From an uncultured Prevotellaceae bacterium (GTDB lineage Bacteria > Bacteroidota > Bacteroidia > Bacteroidales > Bacteroidaceae): a DNA stretch of 52,191 nt. The notes under the pieces are model-generated. The model did not search any database. It saw only the letters and a list, made by a program, of their open reading frames with translations, and had not been told where the DNA came from. Made by a program: the position numbers and the translations under genes. Location: contig CALZKW010000001.1 in assembly GCA_945788095.1 (NCBI GenBank), positions 1 to 52,191 on the forward strand. The letters run 5' to 3'. Below, one piece after another: positions 51,992 to 52,191 of the stretch (the first letter of the stretch is position 1; each line of letters begins with the position of its first letter).

Positions 51992-52092
51992 AAGACCCGG
52001 GTCCTACACCCTACAGGACCCGGGTCTTGTCGTAGTAATACCCGGGTCCTGTCGCGTCAAGACCCGGGTCTTTTTGCAAAGATACCCGGGGG
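51992..52092. repeat. Five-unit array, period 22-23 bp, palindromic core (G)ACCCGGGTC
   Basis: ACCCGGG occurs at 51995, 52018, 52040, 52062 and 52084. The unit layout and parts of the spacers resemble the 10004-10096 array. Confidence 0.9.
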
Positions 52093-52191
52093 CTTTTAGC
52101 ATTCTGGGTGAAAAGAGAAAAACGAAAAGTAATTGTAAAGAAACCCTCATGACATAATTTGTAGTCGCCAAAGTTCATGAAAAGGGTTGAC

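Overview
This window looks like a chromosomal segment from a GC-rich Bacteroidota genome, probably Prevotella/Segatella-like. That call is an inference from four proteins with T9SS C-terminal sorting domains, TAnnTTTG -7 promoter boxes, a type III glutamine synthetase and many CAZymes. I support 32 protein-coding genes. They include glycan and pectin degradation enzymes (GH43, GH29, GH92, GH125, GH30, PL11, tandem CE12, an M60-like peptidase). They also include polyamine and nitrogen genes (aguA, aguB, glnN), an etfB-etfA-acyl-CoA dehydrogenase operon, transporters (MscS, NhaC, POT, SulP, EamA) and housekeeping genes (tex, xth, ddh, dus, cutC). I found no tRNA, rRNA, cas, transposase, integrase or obvious defence gene. 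The unusual content is non-coding: almost every intergenic spacer is built from short-period tandem repeats that recur at several loci with consistent polarity. (a) Six 9-bp arrays (sense TAGNCCAAT) lie between same-strand genes. (b) Four arrays have a period of about 23 bp, three of them built on restriction-site-like palindromes. (c) A 42-bp array carries nine AGGCCT-centred palindromes, an architecture like the plasmid centromere sopC. (d) Several heptamer families (GACAACR, CCTAAAA, GTGAAAA, ATTGTAA) sit in fixed positions relative to stop or start codons. (e) A structured element of about 130 nt is present twice. (f) A gene-free region of about 790 bp holds two related long palindromes and a cluster of strong hairpins. 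All coordinates and repeat counts come from reading the sequence by eye; nothing was checked against a database.
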